A stretch of 64,000 bases of DNA from Sphagnum compactum (taxonomy: Eukaryota). Position numbers and translations under genes: made by a program. How positions within the stretch are numbered: the first letter of the stretch is position 1; every line of letters begins with the position of its first letter. The notes beneath the pieces were generated by a model. The model saw nothing but the letters and a program-made list of their open reading frames with translations, had not been told where the DNA came from and made no database searches. Shown piece by piece: positions 13,901 through 27,712 of this stretch. Where the stretch lies: the NCBI GenBank assembly GCA_965153455.1, contig OZ234494.1:4526001-4590000 (forward strand). Direction: 5' to 3'.

Positions 13901-16900
13901 ACTTACGATCCTCCCTTCAATTCTTGGCCTACCTAACACCACATATTCAATTCTGAGCATTGAATACAGTGCATTTCCCAGTTGTTGCTACCATTACACA
14001 TGTCAAGAGATCACAATTGCATGTCAATGTCTCTTAAAATCTTCATCCATGTATTAGGGCTAAGTTTCAGGTCTATCTATGATTTTATTCCTACACCATG
14101 AGGTGAAGCTCAGGTAAAGCGAACAACTTTGGGTCCCTTTGGTTTATGTTGTAAAAGATCCAAAAGGTTTAAAAATTAACATGAATGACATGCAAAGGTA
14201 TTTTACAAATCTTTAAAACACAACCTTTTACTTTTTGACCAGGCCTTTCACAAATGAATTTGTGCTAAACATCAATCATGGGTACAGTATCCAATAAATA
14301 TATAATAATCCATTTCTTTAACATTTATCTTTGGAAAAAAATCATGAACTTGACAATGGTTTTTAAGTGTTTTTTCCAAATAATAAAGTGCTATGATTTA
14401 CAACTTAAGTCACAAATTTCTTGGTAATTTTCGCATAAATATGTGGGCACATATTGGACCAAGAAAGATACACAATAGATGAATTTAGAGACATGTAGCT
14501 TATAAACCTTGTGAATGATTATTGTGCATCCATTCACGTACACAATAATACATACAATTATATTCCAAATTTCATGTATATATGATGTTTAGAAATGCAT
14601 ATATAATATGGATTTAATATTCCAATATGCTATTTTGTCGATATGTTCTAAACTTGTGTACATTTGAATTTCATTTAAAATACAAAAATCAATATCAATA
14701 GTTATTTTGATTTTTTTTTGAATGAGTGGCATCATGATGACGAGAACATGTCAAATTGTGATGTGCAAATTTAGATTAAATTGCATGTAATTTTAAATAA
14801 TGATGGTATGAAAGAGAGTTTGGTTAAAACTTAAGATTGTCTGTCAGTATAGTCATCTCCTTGTAAAGAAATATTCAATTAAGCAAGACTTGTGGCATTC
14901 CAAATAGCCTTCGGTCATGCCAACTTTAGATAGGATCCAGCTTTTTGTTGTTGTTGATATACATAGGTATTTGTACTTTACTAATGAGGAGCTAATGACC
15001 ATACTATTTTGAGCATGAACAATGTAGATGACAAATAAAGACATTCTTCATGTGCAATCGTTGGTAGTGATTGTCAAGCTACTTGATGTGATCTAACCTT
15101 TTTTTGTTAGGTACCAACAATTGGGTACATTGAGTACAATTTTCATAAAAAGGATGACAAGAAATTCAATTTACAAGTTAAGCACTACAACTTGCATCTC
15201 TACATGAAAAATTAACTAGCAACAAATTAAACAACAGAGGTAGCAAAAGTGGCCTTGTCATTGTATTTTTTCACCCTTCATTGGAATTCACCCAAATGAG
15301 CCCCTGTATTTTTTGCTTTTCTCATCTTTTGCTCTTTTTCAATATCAACTATCAAATCTGTAGTTGAGCATTAAGAATCAAACATCTTAGTAAGAAATAT
15401 TAAGGTTGAACATTGTTTTCACTAATAACAAACCTCAGCAAAAGACAATTTAGAAAATGTACAAGTGCATGAAAGTTTTAAATTCTTGATCTAATTATGG
15501 GCCACACCCAAAAATTATAATTGACAAATACAAAACTTATAATCCACATTGTCACTGGTGACTTGATAAAATGCTGGATATTTTCTAAAAATTTTAGCAT
15601 ATCCAGAATACATATTTCTGATTATGTCTTATTGAAGCAATATTATTAAAGGATTATGTCTTCATACATGAGGGGCAATATTAGTTGTATTACATGGAAA
15701 CATGTATGATATGCCAAATGTTATAAGTTTAGTGCCAAAACCTATAAGAACTACCTACAGACCAATTATCACATTAAACCTCTACATGTACAAACACAAA
15801 TGACCTCCCTTCTATAGGTTAAAGTCTATAGAGTCATCTTGAATGATTTCTAAGCTGGAGATATTGACATAGATGATTTATTATGAGGATGTCACTTTTA
15901 ATAAAAGGGGTTCATTCAAGATTAAGGACTCTAGGACATTGTTTATCCACCAAAATTTATAGAAGATAAATTTGAATGAGAAAAATTGAATAGTTCAAAT
16001 TGAGATAATTTATATCATGGTCCAGTGGGTTTTCTCACACCTCACATGAGTATAGAATCTTTGTGCATCAATACTTTGGTTCAAAAATTAAAATGCAAAA
16101 AATGCATAAATAAGTTTTATAAACAAAATTTTTAAAGTGTACCAAGCAAGATAAAGTAATATATATTTTTTGGTAACCATTGATGTTTCTTAAATTTTGA
16201 TTCACATCAAGCTTAATGAATAAAAAATGTCAAATATGTTAAAATGTGATAATTTAGATCACTAAATATCTAAAATCATCTATATCATCCACTTTTGTGT
16301 CCATGTGTATAGTGAAATAAAAGGCCCAAATGAAATTATAGGAGTACTAAAGGATTATAGTGTGATACCCTTTTTTGGTACATCTTAAATCATTTTGATT
16401 AATATTTTTTTGCATAATTATTTCTTGCACATGTGACCTACATTTTGGGCTACAAATTCCGAACCCAATGAATTAAAAAAAGTTTTAAATGATCACAAAG
16501 TATGGGCCTTTCCCATGTAGCCTCAAAAAAATGAACTTTTTAGTTTTCAAAATCCACGTGTTGTTAACAATTTAATCAAATTCATCCAATGAAAATTGCT
16601 AAACATATATGTAAGCATTGTTTAATAATCACAAAAAAATAAATTGAAGTCAACTTTTCATTATGTAATGCATTCCTATTGATCGTTTTTAAAAAAATTG
16701 TCATTAATACAATTGATATAATTATGTAGAAAAACTCAAAAGGACATTTGTATAATATCCAATTTATTAACCACTTTAATTGTAATGCAATAAATATTAT
16801 ACAAACCCTTGAATTGGGCTATGCAATCCTTTTTCCCTTAAATAATCGTTACAATCCTTTTTGGAACCCCAACCATGAAGAAGTCCCAAAAAAATTAAAA

Positions 16901-19900
16901 TGTAGACATAGCACATACATATTTTTATACATGACATTGATATTATATAATTGAATAACTTGTCAATAAATGGTTTTGCTTTCAAACATTAAACTGATAA
17001 CAAATTAAAAGAACATCCTAATCACCATAATTGGATGGATTCATGAATTACCTTTGAGTAACTAAATTTTTAAAATCATCACAAATCTAATCTTGATTTG
17101 GTTTTCTCATGGCAATGATGCCTATAAAATATGAGAAATGAATTTAATTAAACTACTACTTTGTGGAAATACCTAGTCTTGACCAACTCCCAAACAATTA
17201 AACACAAGATTATTCATACATCACCTTAATTTAAAAATATTATTTTGCATATCAAAGTCATATTTGTGGCATTATATTGCCACAAAATCAATAAAATATG
17301 CAATTTTTGTTTAAAAATGATCAATTGCATCCAAATTTACATGGTTTGCTTATTGTTGACATGACCAATTCAAACTTTTGAACATGAGAAAATAAAATTC
17401 ATACATAGTAATTTCTCAAAAATGACTATAAGCATTTGTGGAAATAATGTTGTTTTAAAACCTTTTTTTGTTAATGATAGTTAAACATTTGAACATGCAA
17501 ACCTTAAACCAATATTCACCTCCACAAATAGTGCCATAATATATTGAATGATAAAAATGTTCCACTCTTACAAACAACCTTAGGTATACATTCTTAAGCT
17601 CACACCTTTTATAATGAATGGAAAGATTGGGGAATGTCATGCCAAAAAATGTAAATAACTCAACTGAAGGTCAAAACCATTGCAAGTGGTGATAAATAGT
17701 TCTTTCATCCAAAATTATCAAGCATCAAACTTAGGTATACAAATTTACATCATGAACACATTCAAATTTTAATATCATGCTGAGTTGACCCAAAACAAGA
17801 AAAGGTATTAAACCCTTAATCATTTTGTTATGTATTACAACAATTGTTTTGTCTAAATTGTAAAGTTTATCTTCAATTGAATAACTTCAAGTTTGGAAAA
17901 AAAAATGTTAGCTTCATTTATTTGAAAGCCTTTTTTATAATTTTCATAGTGCATTTGAGTTGCATACAATATTATAACTTGGATTTAGGAAGATAATAAA
18001 AACTTTGTTAAGGTTGTAAATGAAAAAAGGTGTCAAATATGACTAAATATTGTTTGATTCCTCAACATATATTTAATTATCAAAAATAATTTGGAATGAA
18101 ATTCAATATCAAAATTTCACTTTTTTTTTAATGTTCCAAACTCTCTAGGTACTAAATGACGCCCATATTTTATAACTTCAAAATTGATATTACAAATTAT
18201 TTTCAAAAAATAATTATATATATTTTTAATAATCAAGTTGTTAATCTAGTTCACCATTTTTTTATTGATAAATTTAAAGGTATGTTATTCATCATAAGCA
18301 GATTTTGAACACAATGCACTCAACAAAAATCATCATTGTTACATCAAAAGTGAGTCATCCTAACTTGCATTCACCCACTAGTCCTTTATGATTTTGATTT
18401 CATAGATTACCAGGTTTAAAACCTTTAAATGATTTGAAGAAAAATGATTTATTTGGGGTTTTCAATTTATTTACTCAATTAATTCAATGGTTCAATTGAG
18501 AATTGATTCTAGTTTTCCATGGAACATGAAGGAAAGAAAATAGATATTATTATTTACTTGTTGAAACAAAATTGATGTTCATAATGTTTTATTTTGAAAA
18601 ATATACATTTTGCATTTAAATACAAAGCAATAATTCTCACTACATGAGTCAAAGAGGGTATTTTTTGGGGGTATTATGTGAAGGAGCTATTACTATACAA
18701 AATTTTAATATCCACATATTTAAACCACAATAAAATTAATTAAAATTTTATCTTTTCATTGAATTGTGACACCATATATGTTTTTTATTTTTAAGTTTTA
18801 GTTGAAATAGTGAGAAATGATGAAAAAAGTAAGGTGATTATGTTTGACTAAAGAAACTTCATGCATGAAATGCTCAGATTTAGTTTTAAAAACATGTTAA
18901 CAAACATTTCAAATTTTTATGGTGAATACCATGTCTGGCACCCACCAAGTTATGACATATGATGAACATTCGATTTGTTTCTATGAGAAAAAAATTAAAA
19001 CTTTTCTTTTATGTTTTGAGGTTTTAGAATCAAAACAAAGTGTGCATTGCAAAAAAGTGAAGCACCAAGTTGTGACATCCAAGCCTTCATCAAGTCCTTG
19101 TCATAACCAAATAAATACCACTTCATTAAAACAACCTCTTTTACTCACAAGGGTGATTACTTATTTTCTTTAAAAATTTTGAAATTTAGGCTATGTAAAA
19201 ATTAATGATGAAATCATTATGTAGTGATCCAATTTCCTTTAGCTTATTTATTTGTTCTTTGGAAAACAATCTTGAACTTCCACTGGCCTATCACCTAGTT
19301 TTTTTTAAGGTGCAAGGTGATGAAAACTCATGTGGAATGCTACACCAATTGGCCATGTCCACAACATTATTTCTTTGAACTTGGTTTTAATTTGTTTAGT
19401 GTAACTGCATTGAATGATTCCTTGCTAATTGTTAGCCATGGTTTTAAATATGGTGTTTGGGTCATGAGGGGGACACTAGTAAAAGAAAAAGTAAAAAATA
19501 TGTGAGTAAAAATATAGAGTGCAATATATTGATTGTTGACTAAAAATAATAAGTTAATTAGTTAAAAAATAGGGTATTTTTTATTTAAATAATCAGTTTA
19601 ATTATAATATAATGTATGTAATAATCTGAAATAATATATTATAATAATATAGGATATATATTAATACGTATAATTTTAAAATTAAATAATAATAGGGTGA
19701 TAAAAAATAGGTTAGACAATTATCTAATATTCTTTCTAAAAATGATTGTACTTTGTCAAGGTTGAATGAAATTAAATGTAAAATAGCAACAAAACCTACC
19801 ACAAAATTGTTGTACAATGAATGTTTGAACTTGTGAACCACCGAATATAAAAATATCTCTTCATAAATGTGTTTATGATGTTTGTAGTTGAATACATGAT

Positions 19901-22531
19901 ATTAAGATTAAAAAATATTTTAAAAATATCTTCAACTTTTCAAAAAATGTATTATATTACTATGTTAAAGTTTGTGTTAAAAGTTTGCAAAAAATATGTT
20001 ACTTCAAAAGGGACTTTGATATGCTACTTCTGGTCCACCCTTCTGTACTTTTTCCTTGTATAAGCTTTACACTTGGTTTTTTGAGTTGCAGGAAACACAA
20101 GAAGAAATAAGAAATTATGGAATTTTCTCTTTTATCTTCATGTTAAGAAAGTATGTATAGATCTTTCTATATAGTATTTGAACTTGGATGGTTTTAGAGG
20201 ATTATTGTTGGTCATGATCTTTCTCAGCTCCTAGTGGCAATTATGATGCATTTGACATGTAGCTTGTACATCACGAATTTGCAATTTGGAAGGGCAAAGA
20301 TTGGCCCACTCGTGACCCACTCCATATTTGTGTCCAATTCCTACTTATTGACCAATTCAAGAACTGGCACTTGGTAAGGCCACCAAAAGTTTGGGTTGGT
20401 AGGTATGTATGTGTGTGCATTTTCTTGCCAAAAAAAAAAAAGAGCCCAAAAAAATCTCTAGTTGTGATCGTTTGCACATCATCCCCAATTTTAACTTTAA
20501 AATCCTGTTATTTTATTCAATGAAAAGAAATGGCTGATTAATTCTCTAATTTTACAATGAGTACAATGTACTTCAGTCCTGAATTTTTTAATTGACAATT
20601 CATGCAAAATCTCAAGTAGTTTCCCCAAGACCTTCGTGCACTGAAATCTACTACAGTTAAGCCTAGAAAACTAACAAGTCCAGCCCCATCAAATATTTTC
20701 AATTTAAAATCGTGATATTAGTTATCATGGTCTCATGTTTCATGTGCATGATTTTGCTTTCTTTTGTTCTTTTTTACCTCAAATTTGCACCTAGTTTGGA
20801 ACACCCTAATCCCATTACAGGCCCAAAACAATCCACCTGTGAACCAATACATCTGCAGTTAAGCAATTTGGACCATTCGCTATCAAACTATTTCAGGTCA
20901 ATTTTTTATTCCCATGGTAAAAATCATCCACTCAGACCCACAATCTCTATCATCTATAGATATTGAAAGAGATATTGATTCAAGGACATATTATAATTAA
21001 AATACTTACTAGGGAACTAATCATTATAGTTTCAACTGTACTAATTGAAGAACTAGTTAGGATAAACTGTAATCAATACAAAATCCTTGCACTTAATGAA
21101 ACAAAAGTTTATTGGATTGATCTGACCTTCCTGGATATTTTAAATGGGAAGGTGGTAAGAGCAACTCCACTAGAGCTTAATATGATGCCCTGCAAATTAA
21201 AATAGATGTAGAAAAGTCAAAACATGCCGGTTTGGTGCAGCGAAATGGTTTTGGCCCAGCATTTTCGTACATTTTGCTGAGGCTGATAAAAGGCACAACC
21301 GAGCCTCACACCTGCTGTTGATTGGCTAGATAGTTTGATTGGTCCAGGTGGGTCGCTATTAGTACCCTTCCACCCATTTACAGTGTTAGTTTTATGGGTA
21401 TTTTTGGAAAAAATGTAAACAACCAAAACTTGGATGCCATATATATTCTTTCAGGGTCACAAACTGAGCTCTGCTGGAGATGCTCTTAAATGGAAAATCA
21501 TAACAAATTTGTATCCTAAAAATGTTAAAGACTGTTAACGACCATTGCAGGATGAACAGACACAACATGACACATTCTTTGGATGTAAATAAGCAAAGGT
21601 GTATATGATGCCAGCAGACTCGCAGAGCTGGAGGGGAAGAAGAATTGCTTGAAGACTGGGTTTTAAAACTATAAAACATTGACTACAGTAGACTACCAAT
21701 GCATACCAATGCAGAGGAAAAGGCCGGAGTTTTACTTACCGAACAATGAAATGAAATGTGGTTGGTTCGTTGGTACGAGCCGCCACCAGTTTCCACACTG
21801 CATGTACTGCAAGTCTACTGGCTAATAATTTTGCTTTTTATCTGAATTTTGGGTCAAGAATGGTGAGCCCTCTAGTGCATTTTCCAAAGCTAATATTGTG
21901 GCCACCATTGTTTAATGAATACCCCACCTCATGGGGATCTCCAGAATGCAATATATGCATATATTGCCAACAACAATGAACACTTTCAAAAGTAGGCGTT
22001 GTCTTATACTGGAAAAACAACACTCTCATATATATGCACATTTTTGTCCAAATGTTTTTCCTGGATAAGACTCATCCAAATCTGATTGTGGGTATTGATG
22101 CTCTAGATAGATTACAGCAAATGTAATCTTACACCAAATTCAACCTTACATGTCAGAATTTTCAATAAACTTTGTAAAATGAAGCTCTTTATTCAAACCT
22201 AGGGAAAGGGAAAACAAACAGGCCTTGGGTAAAGCCACACCTATACTGGTAAAGTGGCCAAGAAAAAAAATCCAAATTGATTTTTATCATTTCTAAACAT
22301 TGCAAGTATCCCGAGTTTTAATATTTAATGGGCTGGGGATCTCAAGTCCAAATTTAAGATTTTGCAGGTTAAATATAGGCACTAAGAGGACTCGATCAGG
22401 GGTTTGGATGAACTAGCACCTGCAGTGGTACTGTGATAAAAACATTTATAAACATTACTGCTTCTCAACATTATAAATACGTGCCTTGGATGAAGCAGCA
22501 CCAACATTGGTACCATGCTAAAAATAGAAAA

Positions 22532-22851
22532 ATTCATCTAAATTGTTTCTAAATATTACAAATATCCAATGATTAGACAAAATCAGGGTCTCTGATTCCA
22601 AATCTAACATCTCTTGGGTTTAATTTGGCCACTAAGCTGCCTCACTCAAGAAGGTGAAGGTGACCAACCAGTCATCAGTGTACGTGCCGCAAGGTGGCCA
22701 GAGTGAACCAGCACCCATGTACCTTGACCTTTATGAGTGAGGCCTCTTAGTGGCCATATGAAGCCCAAAAAATGTTAAATCTGAACTTAGACACCCTGAT
22801 TTAGTCTAAGCATGTAATATTTGTAATGTTTAGGAATAATTTAAATGGACT
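22532..22851. repeat. Long imperfect inverted repeat (~130-bp arms, ~60-bp loop)
   Basis: Arm 22532-22661 is the reverse complement of arm 22721-22851, e.g. TGGCCACTAAG..GCCTCACTCA vs TGAGTGAGGC..CTTAGTGGCCA, and AATCAGGGT vs ACCCTGATT. Confidence 0.8.
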
Positions 22852-24148
22852 AGCTTGCGTTCACCCAAAGGCTCGCAAGTCACTGTGCCCTTGTTAGCTG
22901 ATTGAATATCATTCAAATTACTTAATTGCTAGATGGGAATTTGAAAAAGTTTCTCGGAGTCCACAGTTTTTTTATAAAAACAATCAAGGCATTGAGGCCA
23001 GTGTTGCCCTGGTATTGGGGAATTGTTTTTTAATAAATATGTTCGGTACTAATAAAGAGCACAATGACAGGCTATTGCAGCCTACATGCCGGTTCTCACT
23101 AGGAGCAATACTTATTTTGGAAAAAAAAAAAGGTGAGCTAGAGTTGCACAAGAAGTCCAAGCTTGATGGACCATATAATTCATAGGGCTCCTGTAAAATT
23201 CCCCTCCGATCTCATTTGTATCTTTGAATCCATCAGAGACATGTCTGTGGACATCAGCTGCTAGAAAGCTTCCAGGTGCAGAAGAAGACTTATGTATGCC
23301 AGTGATTTTGCAGCTGCTGCTGGCTTGTTTATTCCCTCCCCCCCCCCACCCATGTAGTAGGCTAAGTAGTATTCAGTTTCCTGTGCAGCTTGGTCTACAA
23401 CGTTAGAGAACTACAGTCTGTTAAGATCCTGTAAATAAATAGTCCAACTGTTCCAAATTAGCACTGTTCTTTTTTCCAAGTCTCATATCGTGACTAGCAA
23501 TGATTCAGTGTGTTTGCAGCTGCTGGAAACAACAGGCTGTGTGAAATTTTCGAAGTCCTCAACTCTTCTTAATAGGTTATGAACTAGGTAATATTGTAGA
23601 GGAAGAGTGTAATATCATCATCCGCTCTTTCTGTGTCGACTCTCTCTAGTGACCCAAGCTGACAACGTTTAGGTTAGTGCTGCAGGAGCAGTACTACTCT
23701 ACTTGAGAGAGAGACGGACGTAGTCAATAAAAGCCGGACAAATCAGTCGTGAGTACGTCGAGGTAGTTGAAACTCTTACTCTTGTCCCCTTCTCCAAACA
23801 TTCTCTCCTAGTCACATATTAGTGTGGCGGGGTGGAAAGAGCTGCTGTTGCATGTACTAGTCTCTTGCAGCACTGGACGTTGTGCAGCAGGAGCCCCTAG
23901 TTTTTTTTTTCCTAAAATAATCGCAATAACATACTATGAGTCTTGTGTTTGAGTAATACATGGTGTTACAGCAACGAAAGGACCGCACCGGTAGCGCTTC
24001 AGGTTTCATCAGATATTACTGCAGGCTCAATGAGACCATTTTATGCAAATTTGTACTAGTTCCGTTTTTTTTTTCCTTCCCGGGGTGTTCCTGATCTCAT
24101 GAGTGGATCTGTGAATCCAGCTGCTGCACCCACTGCATCAACATTACC

Positions 24149-27100
24149 ATGGCTATCGAATTAGCACCTACAATAGTCGGCCCGTCCAAGCAGGTTTTTC
24201 GCGCTCTACACCGTTACTCTTTCCATCTAGGCCTGAAGGAATTATCTCGGACAACAATATTGGATTTCAATTAGATAATACAAAGGAACCAGCTAGAGAT
24301 AATCTCTCAGATTTTGGAACATATTGTATTCAGGAGAAAATTATTTTCCAGGCCCATGAAGCTCGATTACCGTCCCCTAAAGTACTCCAGACTGTCCTAG
24401 TGATGAAACGATCGGCATGGAATTCCCAGTTACCCGGCTAGCTATTTTTAATCCATGAAAGGATCTATAACCTCCAAGCAAGCGTATGATGTTGACCATA
24501 CTAGATTCCTTACTTATTAACAGTTGTACCGGCTTTGCTGATCTGTGAAGGAACTTGGTAAGACGGCATCTGGATCAGTACCTATACGAGCGTGGTACTA
24601 TAACCCCACCGACGATCCTCCTAGCCATCCTCATCAGTATACTCCGAACAGAGAAGTTTCAGTTGAACATTTGATCGGTAAGTTTTTAATCTTCCTATTA
24701 TTCTCCATGAAGTTCAGTGTTCTCCTAATTATTAATAAGTTCTCCTTGCTAGCTATACTAAAACCAAAACATGTGTTTTGCAACAAGTGTCTTTTACAAC
24801 TTAAAATGTCGTTTGTATCGTCCTTCAAAAATATTTCTCATCATCCACTTGTCTCCCAACCGTTTTCTTAAAGTCATCATCGCCTAGAATTTGGTGATAA
24901 TTATCCGTGTTCGGTTTGCATCTATAGACTGGCATCATGATTCGATGGTAATAATCAGGATAGCCGGTCCCCCGCCGCTTGAACAGTAGTAATATTCAGT
25001 ACCTGAAGATGTTATACTATGATCATCTATCCTGACAATTAGCACACACGTCACATAGAGTCATCAATTGCGAGAAAGCTTTGTCACCTACAAATGAATA
25101 GCGACAAAGTAAATATTGCTGCTGAGTTCAACCTGGTAGATAAATATAATGTTCTCGTGCAATATCATGATGATATGCATGACTTATGACCGTCTGACTA
25201 CGCACGTGAACGCCAATTATATTGTGTTTACAGAGTCTGGGTTGATCTGGTTTATAGATCATCATTGGGTGTTGTTGATTTTGGCCGAGAGATGATCGAC
25301 AGGTAAATTAACAGGTTGTATAAATATATTTTCCTCACGTTGATAATGCTAATTGTTTTTTGTAATTGGCTCTTGTGAATATCATGAAAGCAGAGTTGGG
25401 AGTGTTGACATGGACTCAGATCGAGACTGAAGATTACCACACCAACGAATTTCTCAACAACATCAAAGTCGACAGAAGCTATAACTACGGGGTATCAATC
25501 AATTCAACAAACATGCTTGATCCAATTGTCCTGTGCTCAGTAGAAAAGCTGTAATAACTGCCAAAAGCCGCTAGTGGTCCGTGACTTTGCTGTACTAGCT
25601 GTGTATTAGATCCTTGCCTGAAGCTGCTGGAGCTGAAGGTCATCCCAGAGAACCTTTTTGTTTGGGTTGAATCAAGTTATAATTTCTTCCGATCAATATG
25701 ATAATCTCCCAAGGGTTCACAGAGAGATATTAGAAGGGAATTCTGATGAGATTGTTGTTGCAAAAAATTCACTATCTGATCTGGGTTTTTGGTGATCTGG
25801 TCAATATGGCTCGGTGAAATAGTACCACCGGCTAATTTAATGACAAGTTCTAGCTGTTGATGGTGCTGTGCATGAATGCAAATCGCAGGAGGTACTCACT
25901 GTTGCTCCAGACAGGCTGAATAACTTTGAAGCCCTTACCAAGAAGTTCTTCACAGAGCACTTGCATGAGGAAGAAGAGATTCGGTTCATCCTTGATGGGA
26001 TAGGTACAATTCTTCTCTCTACTCCAGAATGGTCGTCGCTCTACTTACGTCTCATGTGTGATAATATTCACAGTCATCATTTTTCTGCACATATAATTTT
26101 CCGGTTGTTCATCCTTTGGTATTAAAAGTACGCTGATACTGTTTGAGGGTTGTCCAGGATACGAGGATGTGAAAGACTTCGATGGACAATGGATCCGTAT
26201 TGAGATCAAAAAAGGAGATTTGATTGTATTGCCACCAGGCATGTACCACCGCTTCACTCTCGATGAGAACAACTATCTCAAGGTATAAATAGATTTAGCC
26301 CTGGGCCAGCCTTTCCCAATATGATCTTTAATCCTTGCAGCAGGTTTCCTGCAAGTTTTGTTATACGTTGTGCTCAAGTGTCCTATTTCGTGAAGTTCAC
26401 TAAGTATCTCACACTGATCTGCTATTATTATTGTTTGACGTCAATCTGAATACTGAACTAATTCTTCTTCAGTCCCATCCGTTTGGACCCATGATGCTTT
26501 GTAAGAGCACCTCCACAGATGCTCAGTATGTGACCCCAAAATTAAAATTGCATGAAGAAACGTCAAAACATAGTACCCGTTTGTCTCAGCAACATGGTAT
26601 TGGCCCAGTATTTTCGCAAAGTTTGCCGGTAAAAAGGCACAGCAAAGCCACAGAAGAAGACTGTAATAAATATGATATGACTGCTGTTCCCTGTTTGCTA
26701 GTAGTAGTCTCCCACCAATTTGCAATCCCAATTTTAGTTTTATGAGTGGGGATGGAAAAAGTAAATAACTAAACTTGGATGCGAGAAATATTTTTTCAGG
26801 GTCGCATATTGAGCACATGTGGAGATACTTTAAGTAGTCTTCATCTTGTAATTCTACTAATGCGGTGCCTCGTGTAATTCGTGTGATATATATAGGCTTT
26901 GCTACTGTATCAAGGAAAACCTTGCCGAATTCAGTTCGACCAAGGTCCTGACGCTGACGCCATGGAAGTGAGGTAATTTTATATATATATATATATATAT
27001 ATAGATATATATATGTTCAATTCTTTATGAAGCCCGCCTTCAAGTACCATAAATATACAAGAAACGTTCTTGGCATTCCCTGTAGGGAAAAGAGTAGAAA

Positions 27101-27712
27101 CCTCTCATGAATTGAAGTTGAATTAACAAAATGTAGGGAGAGCTCTCCAAGGGGATAGTGGGACCAATATGATTTCAATGTTTTATTCTAATTTTCCTGA
27201 AATAGAGGGATCATTTTAATTTCCCATTCTCAAACAAACCAATTCATGTTTGCATATGGGGAAATTCAAGTTCTTCTTATGGTCCCACATGGAATCCTAA
27301 AAAGTTTCTTGTAAGTTTTATACATTAGATCTCGGCAATTATGTTCAAAAGTGCAGCTGATATTTGACTTATACGTGCAGCTGGTTAGTGCTGCTGATCA
27401 AACATTAATCGATTATTTGATTGACAAAATAAATGGCCCGGAAATTCAATCTGCTGCAGGAAGCGGTATCTGGAGTCGGTGCTGTTGTGCAAGAAAAATG
27501 GTGACATTAAAGATGATCAGCTGGAGAATATATCATATGAAGACATGACTAAAGATGATCAACTGGAGAATAAATCACATGAAGATACTAAAGATGATCA
27601 GCTTGAGAATAAATCGTATGAAGAAGACGATGTCTCAGTTGTCTACACACCGGCCATTCATTCTCTGGAGTTAGCAACCACGAACATGAGTTTCCAAGCC
27701 ATGACAGTGTGA
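24149..27712 (+). CDS. ARD: Acireductone dioxygenase (ARD/ADI1/MtnD cupin family), divergent member, 279 aa, 7 coding exons
   Basis: Exons 24149-24193, 24551-24677, 25394-25491, 25889-26003, 26158-26282, 26896-26972, 27460-27712, all GT-AG and phase-consistent (840 nt). Family motifs: [66 protein letters not shown]. Exon 1 ([15 protein letters not shown]) is inferred from splice signals and phase only and is the least certain part. Confidence 0.9.

Noticed and set aside
13100-15250. Possible second hAT transposase relic on the minus strand
   Set aside because: Coding-like texture, but no diagnostic motif could be read with confidence.
24099-24164. u[24 protein letters not shown] overlapping the ARD start
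   Set aside because: Its ATG probably lies in a 5'-UTR intron (acceptor-like TCCAG at 24116-24120); cannot be supported without transcripts.
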